Shown here: positions 1-11,558 of the stretch, one piece after another | Layout of the letters: the number at the start of each line of letters is the position of its first letter | How positions within the stretch are numbered: the stretch's first letter is position 1 | Assembly: GCA_946965045.2 (NCBI GenBank) | Contig: OX337234.1 | Span: 3,410,001-3,474,000 of the forward strand | DNA: 64,000 nt | Origin: Epithemia pelagica | Taxonomy: Eukaryota > Protista > Bacillariophyta | Reading direction: 5' to 3' | Notes under the pieces: model-generated | Database searches by the model: none | What the model was told of the DNA's origin: nothing | The model's input: the letters and a program-made list of their open reading frames with translations, nothing else | Position numbers and translations under genes: made by a program

Positions 1-1767
1 CCTAATGGTGACATAGCCAATGCTGGTTTGGTTTCACCAGAAGCACAAGTTCTTTCAAACTTCAACATCGTTGGGTTGATGGATGGTTTCTTAGCAATGG
101 TCAAATATGGTCTTGACCGTTGCTTTGATGGTTTTGGTGAATCGTCAATCTGGAAGGGAAAGAACCGATGCCAATCCAGGCTGCCGGGCGAATATTCAGA
201 AGCTTCGAGTTATCCTCACTTTGTCCCCTCTGATGCAAGTTCGCCATCAAGTGTTGTCGATGAGCTGTCAACACTCATGACAAGCGGTCGACTTAATCAA
301 CATCACCGAAGCTTAATTGAACAGGCCGTAGCTCAGGAACCAGATCGAATGATTGGAATCATCAAGGCGGAGCAACTTATGGCATCAATCCCTGAATTTC
401 ATAGCACAGGGACTGTCACAACTAGTTCCGAAAGGACCCAGGACGCGCCAGAAAGTGTGTCGAAGTCCAGCAAACCCTACAAAGCATTGGTAGTTTTGAT
501 GCTGGCAGGGGGTTGTGACTCCTTTAACCTTCTTGTTCCGAAGAGGTGTCCTGGGACAAATGACGGAGGTGTCTCTGTCCTGGACCAGTACGTTTCGGAA
601 CGGGGTGTAATTGGACTCGATGACATTGAACGTAAACTTGAAATCGAGGCCAAAAACCAGAACCAGCCTTGCGACACCTTTGCTGTTCATCCACAGTTGC
701 CTGTCGTCCAAGAACTCTACAAGTCCGGAGATTTGAGCTTCTTTGTCAACGCCGGAATGATCGACCGGCCGTCCAATAGTGACACTTGGAGGGTGGCAAC
801 GTCTACAAAGCTGTTTGACAACCACGCGATGCAAAGAGCAGCTCAACTCCTGGACCCCTATAGCCTCGAAACGCCAAGTGGGGTCCTGACCCGGATTGCG
901 AATGCGTTGAAAAACACACGCTACGGACTGAATCCCCAAACCTTTTCCCTGAACAAACCTTTTCTTGCAGTCAAAACAAACAGCAGCACGCATGAACTGA
1001 ACCCAATTATAATCCATGAAGATGGTCCGCAAGCTTTTAACAACAAGCCAAAAGGGGAACAATTTGATCCCCTTGACAACATCAAGAAGCTCAATGAATT
1101 GAGCTTTGGACAAAGCAACTTGTTCGGTAATTTGTGGTCCCGGGCCCTTTTGCGCGCACTGTCAGACAACGACTTTTGGAGTAGAGCACTGGATGGCGTT
1201 GAATTGGAAGTTTCTTGTGGATCAAAAGCGCTAAACATGGCTGTGAAATTGATGGAAACCCGACAGGATCGTGGAAAGGACCGCGACATGTTTTTTGTTG
1301 AAATGGGTGGTTGGGACAATGAATTCGGCACAAAGGCTGGTCTGGATGAGGGTTTTGAACAGTTGAATGATGACATCACCTGTTTCGTGGAAAACGTGAA
1401 GCAAAAAGGTCTCTGGAAAAATGTAACCTTATTGGTGGTTTCGGAATTTGGACGAACGCTTGTACCGACTAGTAATACTTCGTTGAAAACCGGGAATGGT
1501 TGGGCTGGCCACTACTTTGCCATTGGTGGAGGGGTGCAAGGTGGTGTTCTCCATGGACAATATCCCTCCGATTTGACGAAGTCCAGTATGTTGCAGGCGG
1601 GAGATGGACGTATCATACCTACGCTTTCGTGGGAGTCCATTTGGTTCGCCATGATGGAATGGATGGGTGTGAGCATACAAGAAGACTTACATGCCCTGCT
1701 ACCAAATGCTCGTGGAACTGAAACGAAACTGCTTCGCAAAGACGAAGTTTTTGAACAAAATCTGTAA
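1..1767 (+). CDS. DUF1501-domain protein (diatom DUF1800/DUF1501 type), 5'-partial
   Basis: Frame is open from base 1 (PNGDIANAGLVSPEAQ...). Motifs LVVLMLAGGCDSFNLLVP, FAVHPQLP, MGGWD, VVSEFGRTL and GNGWAGHYFAIGGGVQGG..G.YP match DUF1501 proteins. Confidence 0.8.
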   Translation, partial: PNGDIANAGLVSPEAQVLSNFNIVGLMDGFLAMVKYGLDRCFDGFGESSIWKGKNRCQSRLPGEYSEASSYPHFVPSDASSPSSVVDELSTLMTSGRLNQHHRSLIEQAVAQEPDRMIGIIKAEQLMASIPEFHSTGTVTTSSERTQDAPESVSKSSKPYKALVVLMLAGGCDSFNLLVPKRCPGTNDGGVSVLDQYVSERGVIGLDDIERKLEIEAKNQNQPCDTFAVHPQLPVVQELYKSGDLSFFVNAGMIDRPSNSDTWRVATSTKLFDNHAMQRAAQLLDPYSLETPSGVLTRIANALKNTRYGLNPQTFSLNKPFLAVKTNSSTHELNPIIIHEDGPQAFNNKPKGEQFDPLDNIKKLNELSFGQSNLFGNLWSRALLRALSDNDFWSRALDGVELEVSCGSKALNMAVKLMETRQDRGKDRDMFFVEMGGWDNEFGTKAGLDEGFEQLNDDITCFVENVKQKGLWKNVTLLVVSEFGRTLVPTSNTSLKTGNGWAGHYFAIGGGVQGGVLHGQYPSDLTKSSMLQAGDGRIIPTLSWESIWFAMMEWMGVSIQEDLHALLPNARGTETKLLRKDEVFEQNL

Positions 1768-2255
1768 ATGCAGAAGCGCTACATACACGCCGTACAATAA
1801 ATAATGTATAGTACACGACATTTGTTTCCTCTTGTGGTATCGTGCCCTTGACGCAGCACCTAGAAAGATGCGATGATGTGGCTTCATTGGCTGCAGATCC
1901 CATTGCGTTGAATCAAGTTCGAGGGAGGAGCTAATCGGAGTAATTTTCCACATCTGGGTAGTATTGGTTGAACCCCCGGACCCGGGCCGGAACAAGACCA
2001 AAAGTGCGTTTGAGGCTAATACATGTATTGTCTTCACCATGAGCGACCTCGCTAAGAAGAGTACTGCACCTAACACTTCAAACGATCCGATGGAGCCATG
2101 CGTTGATAGATACCGTAACTACGGATATGTAATTTGGATCTATGCCCTCCAGCAAAGCGGTTTTCGCACAGTTCTGAAAAAGAAGAGGAGTTCCCTCGAT
2201 CCTCCATGCATTTGGCTAGACCTTTTCCCCATGGTTCACGGGAGAAGCGAGACTG

Positions 2256-5200
2256 CTATGGCAAACCTGGTGCCCGTCCCGTGTTCTTGAACTGGGAGCC
2301 ATCATGTCCCTGCTGTCCATCCTCGTCTCGAAAAGATTCGATTTCTTCCTCTGGCTTGTGTGAATAAGCAGACTGTTTGTTGCTCGGATGACTTTGGTTG
2401 CCTCCTTGAGGTGCACTTGTATTCATTCCATTTCCTTTCTCTTGAGCCTTCACCCCAGCAGGACCATTGTTGTCCAAAGGTACAATGGGTGCAATTGGAG
2501 GGCGTGTAGCAGCGACAATAGCGGCGTCATCATGGACCCGCATCGCTTCCTCTTTCCATTCCTGAACAATCCATTTTCCTCGGGCCTTCCACTCCCTCAA
2601 GTTGCGAATTGCATAGGCCAGATACTCCTGGCCCGACACACCGAGGATTCCGCACGAGTTGAGCTTTTGCGCCAGGGGAATGACATTTGATTCAAAAAAG
2701 TATATTTCTCCCTGGTACCATCCTTTAGCTGGATCTGTACTACCCCCACGACCCATTCGATACGATCGATAGAGCTCCTGAAACAACCGACCATTCCACT
2801 TTTGATATATCTGGAAATGCTGCATGGTGTGTGCGACGTCGGATGCCTGAAGCAAATGCTCAAGTACCAACGTCGCCTTACGATTCACCATCAGCTGCGA
2901 CTGCATATCTGTCAACGAAGTGTTTGATATGCTTCCACGGCTCGTGTTGCTTGTCTGTGGAGCCAAGGACGAAAAGGCGCCATTCCAGCGAGATAAACGT
3001 TCTTCTCGTAGATCCGGATCCAAAAGCTGTATGACAAAGTACCGTTGGTACCCCATGATTAGTCGATCGGAAAGACGGACGATTGGTGACGAGCCCTGGC
3101 AGTACTTACATCGGTTGCCATGACTGTGTTAACCAGGAGTTGACGAAAACGTTTCAGTTCCTCTCTAGTTGTGTAAATAGCTGAGCGGAGATCTGAGAAG
3201 ACATCATTCATCAACAAACTCCAGGCAAGATCAACAGAATTTTGCTCGGCGACGCTTTTATTCTTGTATCGAATTGCAAGTGGACTGTGCTCATGGATAA
3301 GCTGGGAATTGGGGACACCGGGGTGATCGAGATCATGGAAAATGGCCGATAACACACCTGATATAATAACACGAAACGAGAGATAGCAACGTTAGATTAC
3401 ATACAGAGGAAGAACTTGTGTTTACACAAATGATGGGACTTATATGCAAATTGCGTCATTGGGTCGGAAATGATGTCGTACATGTGGTTAATAGCAGCAA
3501 CCGCGGAAGACGATGGGGCTACAACTCTCGAAAAGAGTTTGACTGTAGACATTGCCACGTGTGAAGCATGTTCAAAGTTGTGAAAGGCATGATTGCGGTA
3601 CAACGAAGCGACTTGTTCCACGTAATCTTGTAGCTGTTCTTTAACAGGCAAAGTTAGTTCACCTCCCTGAAACTTTTGCTCTTTCTGAGGATGGAGCGAA
3701 AGCGGCGGAGTTGACTTGTAGGACGAAGAAAAAGAAGATTTGTTGGACATAGGACCTGGAATGCTCTCATCCACCTCTTCCAGAACCATTCGTTTGCTTC
3801 TCGCGATACTCTTTTCCAATCGATTGATCTTGTCTGGAGAATCTGCCTTTGTCCCTATGCTGTGTCGTCGTTCCTGCACCTGCACCAGTAAATTCGTAAG
3901 AATTTCGACATTCCATCGAACTAACCTCGCCTTTTTCTCACGAAGTTCTTCATCCGACGTTAGTTTCACCCAATCGTATATGGGAGTTGTCTGCATATGA
4001 GCTCCTTGATTGTCGGGACCATGGTCACTTTGCTCACTGCTGCCCTGACTCTCTGTCTTGTTGTTGTTAGAACCCTTGGAAGACCCAGAAGCTCCACTAA
4101 TGTGCAGCCAGTAAGTCTGAAGCACACCTTTTCCCTTGGCTTCGACAAGATCCATGCGTTTATGACACCAGTGTCCTTTATTTGCCTCATTCAACAAATC
4201 GGCCGTTTCTTGAGAAATCTGGATTTTGTGTGGATGACTTGTACTCTCCATACGGGATGCAGTGTTCATAGTATCCCCAAACAATTGAAATCGAGCTTGC
4301 TCACCACGAAGCACACCGGCGGTGACCGGTCCCGAATGCAATCCTATTCGAATCGCAAGGTCAGCCGTATCGGGTCCAAGCGAAACCTCGAGATGCTTTG
4401 ATAGTGCTTGAAACCGGTACATACAGTCACGTGCTCCTCGCAAGATAGTCATACTTCTTGTTATGAATATCATGATTGCCCTTGTATTCCGCAAATTGTC
4501 CATTAAGAACAAATATCATCTCACCCCCACACGTGTCGACAATGTCAAGGATAAATCCATGCACTTGTTCGGGACGGCTCTGGCTCTCAAAGTAGGTCGT
4601 CCACGTTTCCACAACCACAAAAACACCAACAACGGACCGAGACTGTTCATCAAAGCTATCAAAGACTGGCTCAACAATGATACTTCGTGGATCATCACTC
4701 CGTTTCACAGAACGGCTGGAAAGTTCAAGGAGGAAGGTGAGATTAGTCACCTCAGAAAGCATTGTATGTTGCACTTGTACTGCCCCTGTCAAAGATTGAT
4801 ATAGGACGGAATGAGAGTTCAGATCTTGGTTTATCAAGCCACTGGAGGACGCATCAGGACCATATTGTAGAACCGGAAGCACAAATTCCTGTTGTGCCAT
4901 TTCGTTGGTACGGGATCCCTCCATAGTATTGAAAGTAAAGTCTCGAAGGTCATGAATGGTGTCCATCTGATCCGCTTTAGATTCACCAAACTAAACAGAA
5001 TCATAATATGAAACGATAACCAAGATGTAAGAGATAACCACATTCGCAAAAAACTAGCAATGAAAAATAGAACACGTACCGTATCAAGAAAAACTTTGTG
5101 TTGGTTCGTCCGAAGCCATTCCGTCCACTCGGCGCCCATTGACCGCTCGACAACAGGCGCAAACAAGATGAGATCGGAATCAAGAAGATTGCTGATCTCT

Positions 5201-5763
5201 GCAGTGCGTCGGCCAAAGCGTGGAAGGGACACATAAGGCCAAGAGCTATTCGAATGCAGCGCATGCGAGGTAATGGCGGTGGAAAGAGAATGAATTTGTC
5301 GAAAGACTGCACTCGCCTTGTCATTTGCAGTTTCGACAATTTCGTTGGCATAGACAGAATACTGCGTTGCGAGAAAACATTGTCTGGTTGAGGAGTTCAA
5401 GGCTCAAATTGGAACACTTAAATATTCTGTCACTCTTACCTGATGCTCAAAGTTATTGGTTTCATCTTCTTTCACGTAGTGCCACGTTCCTACAGCTGTG
5501 GCGATTGCCAGCAAGAGGAGCAAAAGATAGACAACCACTTTCGAACGAAGGACGGCCTTACATTCCTTTTGGGCAAAGGGAGTTGTCGAGGATGTGTCTG
5601 TCCTGTTTGACACAGAATGAGAGCCATCTTGATCGTTGTTCGAAGAAGATACCTGCTCACCGTCGTTCTCTTCCTCGAGGAGGACCGATTCATCACTCTC
5701 GGATGAAGACGAATCTTTCTTTGCCTCTTCCATCATTCTCATTATAGTCATCGTCTTTCTCAA
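2256..5763 (-). pseudogene. Receptor-type class III nucleotide cyclase fused to a PDEase/HD-like domain; multi-exon, internally deleted and frameshifted near 4436
   Basis: N-terminal TM (VVVYLLLLLLAIATAVGTW); cyclase C-half IRIGLHSGPVTAGVLRGEQARFQLFGDTMNTASRMESTS; PDE-like FHNFEHASHV, AIFHDLDHPGVPN, LLQASDVAHTMQH, WYQGEIYFF. GT-AG introns (e.g. donor gtaaga at 5439). The cyclase N-half (FADI.GFT, KVETIGD) and second TM are absent. Confidence 0.75.
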
Positions 5764-7218
5764 TTTCGGAAAGATCCGGTCAAGGTTTTCTCGAAGTGTT
5801 CAAACAACAATGGTTTTACTCGGTCCTTCTTCTGAAATTGTGGACTAAATCCGAAGTTTCTCATCGGAAAACCACTATTCAGAGCTGAGATCATGTCATG
5901 ATTTTCACGAACTGATGACTGGTGAAAGTGGTGTGGTTATCACAACATGGGGACACATCAAAGCGTCCCAGTTGTCCCGAATCTTGATCACCAATGCGAA
6001 TCTTGTTCATGTTCAAGTATCCATAGAAATATCTATCCCCGGCAAAGTATTTATGGTCTTGATTGATCTGCTGGTACCTCTTTCTATCCATTGTTAACAA
6101 CATCAAATCAAATACGATAGTGCATGAAACACAGGGTAGAAGGCCTTAAAATAGCGTTCTGTCTTCCATGCAGTTCACTTGAGTGCGAGTCTTCTGATTG
6201 AAGAAAGCACACCCGTCTATCATCTTCCCATTCTTTGTTATCTCGTCACCATGAACATGATACGACTATGTTGCTATGGTGAGATGTGTTCATCCCATTC
6301 CCCACAAGATGCTCCTCCATAAGATAATTTATGTCGTCCGGGGCTGATGCGAAATGCGAATTCCTCTGGCTGGAACAGCTCACAGCTTGGTGAGCTGCCG
6401 CAACTCTCATTGAACGTATAACAAATAATATTATGAGAGAGCACAGCACGACATGGTCCAAAGAACGCCTGGAACACAAGAGATCATCATGATTTGAGGG
6501 GCCAAAAGGTATCTTATTCTCAGTCGCTGTTTGAATGATATCTAATCGTCTTTAAGTCGCTCACGGTGAATGGATTCTCCACATAGGGAACATATAGGGA
6601 ATGTCATGTCCTCATAAGTCATAAGGCATGTCAAATGCCAACATACTTCCCACTCCTATCTCTTTGGTGAGCGTCTAAACACAGGTTTCTGTTGCGAATT
6701 GCGAACCAACCTTCCTTACTGTGGTGAACGCAATGGCAGTAACGCGAATACAATACAACTTGAGATCTATTCCAGCGTTTTACAACAACAAAAAACGGCA
6801 AGTGTCTAGTTTTGTCAATGCCGTGATCCATCACCATTCCATATCACCAAAACGGCCCCATACACAATCCATGCGAGAGTTCAAGAAGAGGGAGAGAAAC
6901 ATGGGACGCTTGTCCCGTCCGGGCAACAAGACAGAATCACGTCAAGAGAAATCAAACGAAAACACCATACAGACGTGTCTCTGTCAGGAACGAAGAGCGA
7001 CCAAAGGTTAAGAGTACAACAGGACAGCATGAATTGTAGATAGAGGTATAGCCAGGGAAATGGGTTGCTCTTGCAGATCAAGCAAAAGGACATTATTTGT
7101 AGATGAGTCGACCACGTGTATTCAATCATTCAATGACATTGCATACAGAGGCATCCCATCCATCCAGGTTCATCATAAAATCTTTGTCTTCATCTTTGTT
7201 TCAACTAAACAAGGAGAC

Positions 7219-10200
7219 TCAAGGAATATGTTCCGGTGGAATGGCGTCAATATAGGTATCATCATCCAACGAGCTCCCAATGCCAAGGGTGAGGGCCTCC
7301 TCGACAATTTCGGGATCGTCACCCTCTTCCAAAATGACACAGGTGGTTTGGAAAATCCACAAACAGGGCTCTGGATTTTGGGTGGTACATGTGTCCAGGT
7401 TTACAGCAAATCGGGTAAAGGTGAGATCGAATCCGTCTTGGTACACGGGCAGTCGACGTTCGTCTTGTGGTTGTTGGTCACTGGTGAGTGTTGTTGTTGT
7501 TGTTGTTGTTGTAAGAGTACTTGGATAATAGGGCAATGATGACTGCGGATAGTATGGGTGTTGTGGGAGTGGTATAAGACGACCTTGTTCTCTCATAATC
7601 TGTCGCGTGTGATCCTCTCCAAAATACTCTTGCAAGGCCAATTGGAAGGCCCGATCGACACTGTCCTGCATCGTTGCGGTGGTGGCCAATGGTACGGGGC
7701 TTGTCCCATTCCGAACGGATGGGCTCCATCGCATGGTGGTGGCGTCCGACAATTGTCTAGTTTCGTCTTGGTCGTCATCTCGAGGAAAGGTTTCATTCAA
7801 GGTTTGAATGGTAATGGTTCGTCCGGCCAGATCGACACCGGTCCGCAAGGTATTGTTGGTTTGACTCATAAAGTCCGCGGCACTCAAAAGGGTGGGATTG
7901 TCCACAAAGACAAAATATTCGATACAGAGCTTGTTGCCAATGGACGGAGCGGAACTGGGAATGTCCGAGGGAATCGCCGTCGGCGTCACCGTGGGAGACC
8001 ACGAGGGTGGGATACTGGGAACCGCACTGGGACGAGACGATGGCTGTACGGTAGGATCTTGACTGGGTCGAACGGAAGGAGTGGTGGTGGGCGATTCCGA
8101 GGGTGCGACAGACGGAACGGAACTGGGACGCACGGTCGGTGTGACACTGGGCAAACGACTGGGCGAGTGCGAGGGCAGTGCCGAAGGAGACGACGAGGGA
8201 CTGGTACTGGGCCGGAACGACGGTGTGACGGAGGGAACCGTCGTGGGCGACAACGAGGGACGAACAGAGGGTGTGACACTGGGAGACGTGGAAGGACGTT
8301 GCGTGGGAGTCGTTGTGGGCGACGAGGACGGATTCTGGGAGGGACTGTATGTCGGAGAGGACGACGGACTTTGGGAGGGAGTCACACTGGGAACCTGCGA
8401 CGGTCGGAAACTGGGACGGGAAGTGGGCTCCTCACTCGGCGTGGTACTGGGCGTGGCACTGGGGGATTCCGTGGGAGATGCCGTGGGCATGTTTGTGGGC
8501 GACGCCGAAGGACGGGAGGTGGGTGTCGCACTGGGTACTGTGGACGGAGCCATGGTTGGTGCCTCCGTGGGCGAGACGGTCGGTGTGGCCGTGGGGGAGA
8601 AGGTTGGTACATCGGTGGGACTTGCGCTCGGACCTTGACTGGGTACATTCGTGGGCGAGACGGTCGGTGTGGCCGTGGGACCTCCACTCGGAGCTTGACT
8701 GGGAGGAATGGAAGGAACGGCCGTGGGCAATGTCGACGGGACTGCACTGGGAATTGCCGTGGGAGATGTACTCGGTTCGGCAGTGGGTCCTACCGTCGGA
8801 GAAGCCGTCGTGGGTGCCACGGTTGGAGCAGCAGTGGGTTGGTCCGTCGGTGAGCTGCTCGGCGAACTGCTGGGAGCCGTGCTGGGAGCTACAGTGGGCG
8901 AACGTGTGGGAGCGGAGCTGGGAGCTGCCGTCGGAGAAGGGTTGGGTGCCACACTGGGCGGTGCACTCGGTGTGGCACTGGGCACATTGGTGGGCACTTG
9001 GGTCGGAGATTCCGTGGTGGGACTTGTGGTCGGAGCATTGGTGGGAACTGTCGATGGCATGGTACTGGGACTGCTTGTGGGAGTATTTGTCGCACGGCTC
9101 GTAGGACTGCTTGTGGGATTATTCGTAGGACTGCTCGTGGGACCATCCGAGGGAACCGCCGACGGTGCCAGGGTCGTAGGAGCATTGGTCGGTGACGCAC
9201 TGGGCCGGGCACTGGGTGGCACCGTAGGAACAGTCGTTGTCGGAGAATTGCTGGGGACGGCCGTGGGAGCCGGTACCGTGGGCGACCCTGTGGGTGAAGC
9301 GGTCGGCGAATCAGTCGGCAACGATGAGGGACTATTCATGGGTGCCACACTGGGAGTTGGGGTCGTGGGACTGTTGGAAGGAGGCACGGGAGGAGCGTTG
9401 GTCGGAACATTGGTCGGAGCTGGAGTCGCACCGGTCGTTGTTGGAGTCGGAGGAGGTGTCGATGGTGCAATCGTCGAGGAAGATTCCGTCGGTACCGGTG
9501 TGGGAACTAGAGCGGGAGCCATGGTCGGTGCAGCGGTCGGAACCAGAGTGGGAGCTGCGGTCGGTGCCAGTGTCGCAATCGGTACGGGTGTTGGAGCCAT
9601 GCTGGTCGGCGCCAGAGTCGGTGCTGGTGTCACGACGGGTCGGGGCGTGGGTGCCGTGGTGGGAAATTGAGACGCCAATTGCGCTTGGACGGCACGACAG
9701 ACAAAGCTGACGGTCGACACGTATTGCGTTTGATTGGACTGTGTCACATTGAGGGCGGCTTGAGTGCCGACACAACAGTTCGAGTCCTTGGTGACAACAT
9801 AGCACGTGGTACAGGCTTCGGCCAAAAAAATCGTGACATACGGCCTATCCAAGTCGCCAAAGCGCGTCGACATATCAATATTGCCGTTGGATTCCAAGGC
9901 CAAAAAGAAGACAAATTCGTCCGTGGAGAGCAGCGAATTGGCCGCCGTGGTGCCATTGCGACCATCGGCGAGATGCAAGCGCTGCGCACACTGATCCAAG
10001 GCTTGATTGCGGGGATCCGTAAATTCGTACCCAAAAATTTGCAACGTCTTGTTGCTCGTGGTAGTACTGCTGCTGCTACTACTACTTTGTTGTTCTTGTT
10101 GCATCCATCGATGGGCCGTCCGATACCACGACGATGCCGCGGCCGCCTCGTGTTGGGATGCTTGTTGTTCCTGTGGTTTGTTGGCTTGCGATGCGTGTGC

Positions 10201-10584
10201 CTGCTGTTGTTGCTGCTGCTGCAAGGCCTCGAGACGTGAGTGGGACAACCAATTGTTCTTGTTGGAGGAGGATGCCGGTGGAGCCCCGGCTCGCAACAAG
10301 GGTGTACCAGGAGCATGCTCCTTGGTCGTAGTATTGCTGTCATGGTTGGAACGGGCAGTGGCGCCCGCAGCAGCCACCAGTTGCCAGAGGAACAAGACGA
10401 ACCACATGCCTCGAAACCGAGACTGTCGTCGTCCTCCCTGCTGGTTCCATGCCATTGGTTTGATGGTTGTGGTTGTGTCTGTGGTTGTTGTGAGTCGATC
10501 CTGGTCCGTGTCGTGATTGTGCATGATTGCAGACGGTGTGGTCGAGTCCTGGTTACAGCAAGGAACGAAGGAAGGAGCAATCAA
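7219..10584 (-). CDS. Secreted or membrane-associated mucin-like protein: Cys-rich N-domain, ~580-aa P/T/S repeat stalk, Cys-containing C-domain
   Basis: 1121-aa ORF; hydrophobic segment GMWFVLFLWQLVAAAGATA; Cys domain (CAQRL..AD...AC.TC......CCVG...VCR); (xxxP[ST])n run at ~7930-9660. The true start may be a downstream ATG. Confidence 0.8.
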   Translation of the reverse strand: MIAPSFVPCCNQDSTTPSAIMHNHDTDQDRLTTTTDTTTTIKPMAWNQQGGRRQSRFRGMWFVLFLWQLVAAAGATARSNHDSNTTTKEHAPGTPLLRAGAPPASSSNKNNWLSHSRLEALQQQQQQQAHASQANKPQEQQASQHEAAAASSWYRTAHRWMQQEQQSSSSSSSTTTSNKTLQIFGYEFTDPRNQALDQCAQRLHLADGRNGTTAANSLLSTDEFVFFLALESNGNIDMSTRFGDLDRPYVTIFLAEACTTCYVVTKDSNCCVGTQAALNVTQSNQTQYVSTVSFVCRAVQAQLASQFPTTAPTPRPVVTPAPTLAPTSMAPTPVPIATLAPTAAPTLVPTAAPTMAPALVPTPVPTESSSTIAPSTPPPTPTTTGATPAPTNVPTNAPPVPPSNSPTTPTPSVAPMNSPSSLPTDSPTASPTGSPTVPAPTAVPSNSPTTTVPTVPPSARPSASPTNAPTTLAPSAVPSDGPTSSPTNNPTSSPTSRATNTPTSSPSTMPSTVPTNAPTTSPTTESPTQVPTNVPSATPSAPPSVAPNPSPTAAPSSAPTRSPTVAPSTAPSSSPSSSPTDQPTAAPTVAPTTASPTVGPTAEPSTSPTAIPSAVPSTLPTAVPSIPPSQAPSGGPTATPTVSPTNVPSQGPSASPTDVPTFSPTATPTVSPTEAPTMAPSTVPSATPTSRPSASPTNMPTASPTESPSATPSTTPSEEPTSRPSFRPSQVPSVTPSQSPSSSPTYSPSQNPSSSPTTTPTQRPSTSPSVTPSVRPSLSPTTVPSVTPSFRPSTSPSSSPSALPSHSPSRLPSVTPTVRPSSVPSVAPSESPTTTPSVRPSQDPTVQPSSRPSAVPSIPPSWSPTVTPTAIPSDIPSSAPSIGNKLCIEYFVFVDNPTLLSAADFMSQTNNTLRTGVDLAGRTITIQTLNETFPRDDDQDETRQLSDATTMRWSPSVRNGTSPVPLATTATMQDSVDRAFQLALQEYFGEDHTRQIMREQGRLIPLPQHPYYPQSSLPYYPSTLTTTTTTTTLTSDQQPQDERRLPVYQDGFDLTFTRFAVNLDTCTTQNPEPCLWIFQTTCVILEEGDDPEIVEEALTLGIGSSLDDDTYIDAIPPEHIP

Positions 10585-11480
10585 TCAATATTACTAGAAC
10601 GGAGAACGAGAGAGAGAGAGAGCAAACGATGGGTCCTTTGCTGCTGGTGTTTCTCTCAATCCGGAACGACAATGACCAGGGAAACGTGGTTGCAATACTT
10701 GCTTTGCCAGGAGAGAGTAGTGTCGGTAGACGAAACAATCCAGTGAGAGAATGGTGAAAAAGTGAGACCCAATTGCAAATCGTGGATGCTTCAGGCAAGA
10801 CTTCAAAAATGTGGCGCATCGCCAAGCTCCATTGCGGTATGGTTTGAGTGGAGGTCGGCGGGAGTTCCCGCCTCCGACTTGAAATTCAACGGATCGTTTG
10901 AATATACACTCGAGCGACAGGAGCTTTGACACGATTCATACAATTCAATTTCGTTGTTACGGATCATCGCGCTGAAGTGTATCAAGGACTCGTGTGCCGG
11001 GTTGGTTCAAATGGCGTTGGTGGGGGGATTTTCATGTCTACCAACAGTCCATCAGCACCCCCGTTGCCCATTTCGCCCCTCCATCTCATTCGTTTCAAAC
11101 TAATCCGTTCCAGGATGCCATTGAATTTGATTGGACCCAGGTGTCGCCGGCCGAGCCATGCAATAGAGGTTGAGATAGGCAAATCTCAAATCTCAATTGC
11201 ATGTGTGTCGGAACCAAATGGAATCGATACTAATACTTGGAACGAGGAATTATCACCAAGAAGACAACATGAGAGATTACTTGCTAGGAGTACCAACCAA
11301 AGAATCTCTGCTCGATATATAGAGAGATTAGAGAGAAGCAAAGGATGGAGCGCCGCAACGTATTCTATTCTTTGGAAGGAGTGTATGGAAACACACACAA
11401 CAATGGTATGCCCAAAGGATGAGTTGTTTGTGCGTCACCAAATTCTCCCACCAAGGAGGATTACCACTCGAGGACGATGA

Positions 11481-11481
<1 letters not shown>

Positions 11482-11556
<75 letters not shown>
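11482..11556. repeat. (AAC)25 microsatellite
   Basis: Perfect AAC trinucleotide run read directly. Confidence 0.95.

Positions 11557-11558
<2 letters not shown>

Noticed and set aside
7558-9670. Long plus-strand ORFs (431, 185, 320 aa) rich in G/V/A or G/R
   Set aside because: Antisense shadows of the stop-poor P/T/S repeat gene.
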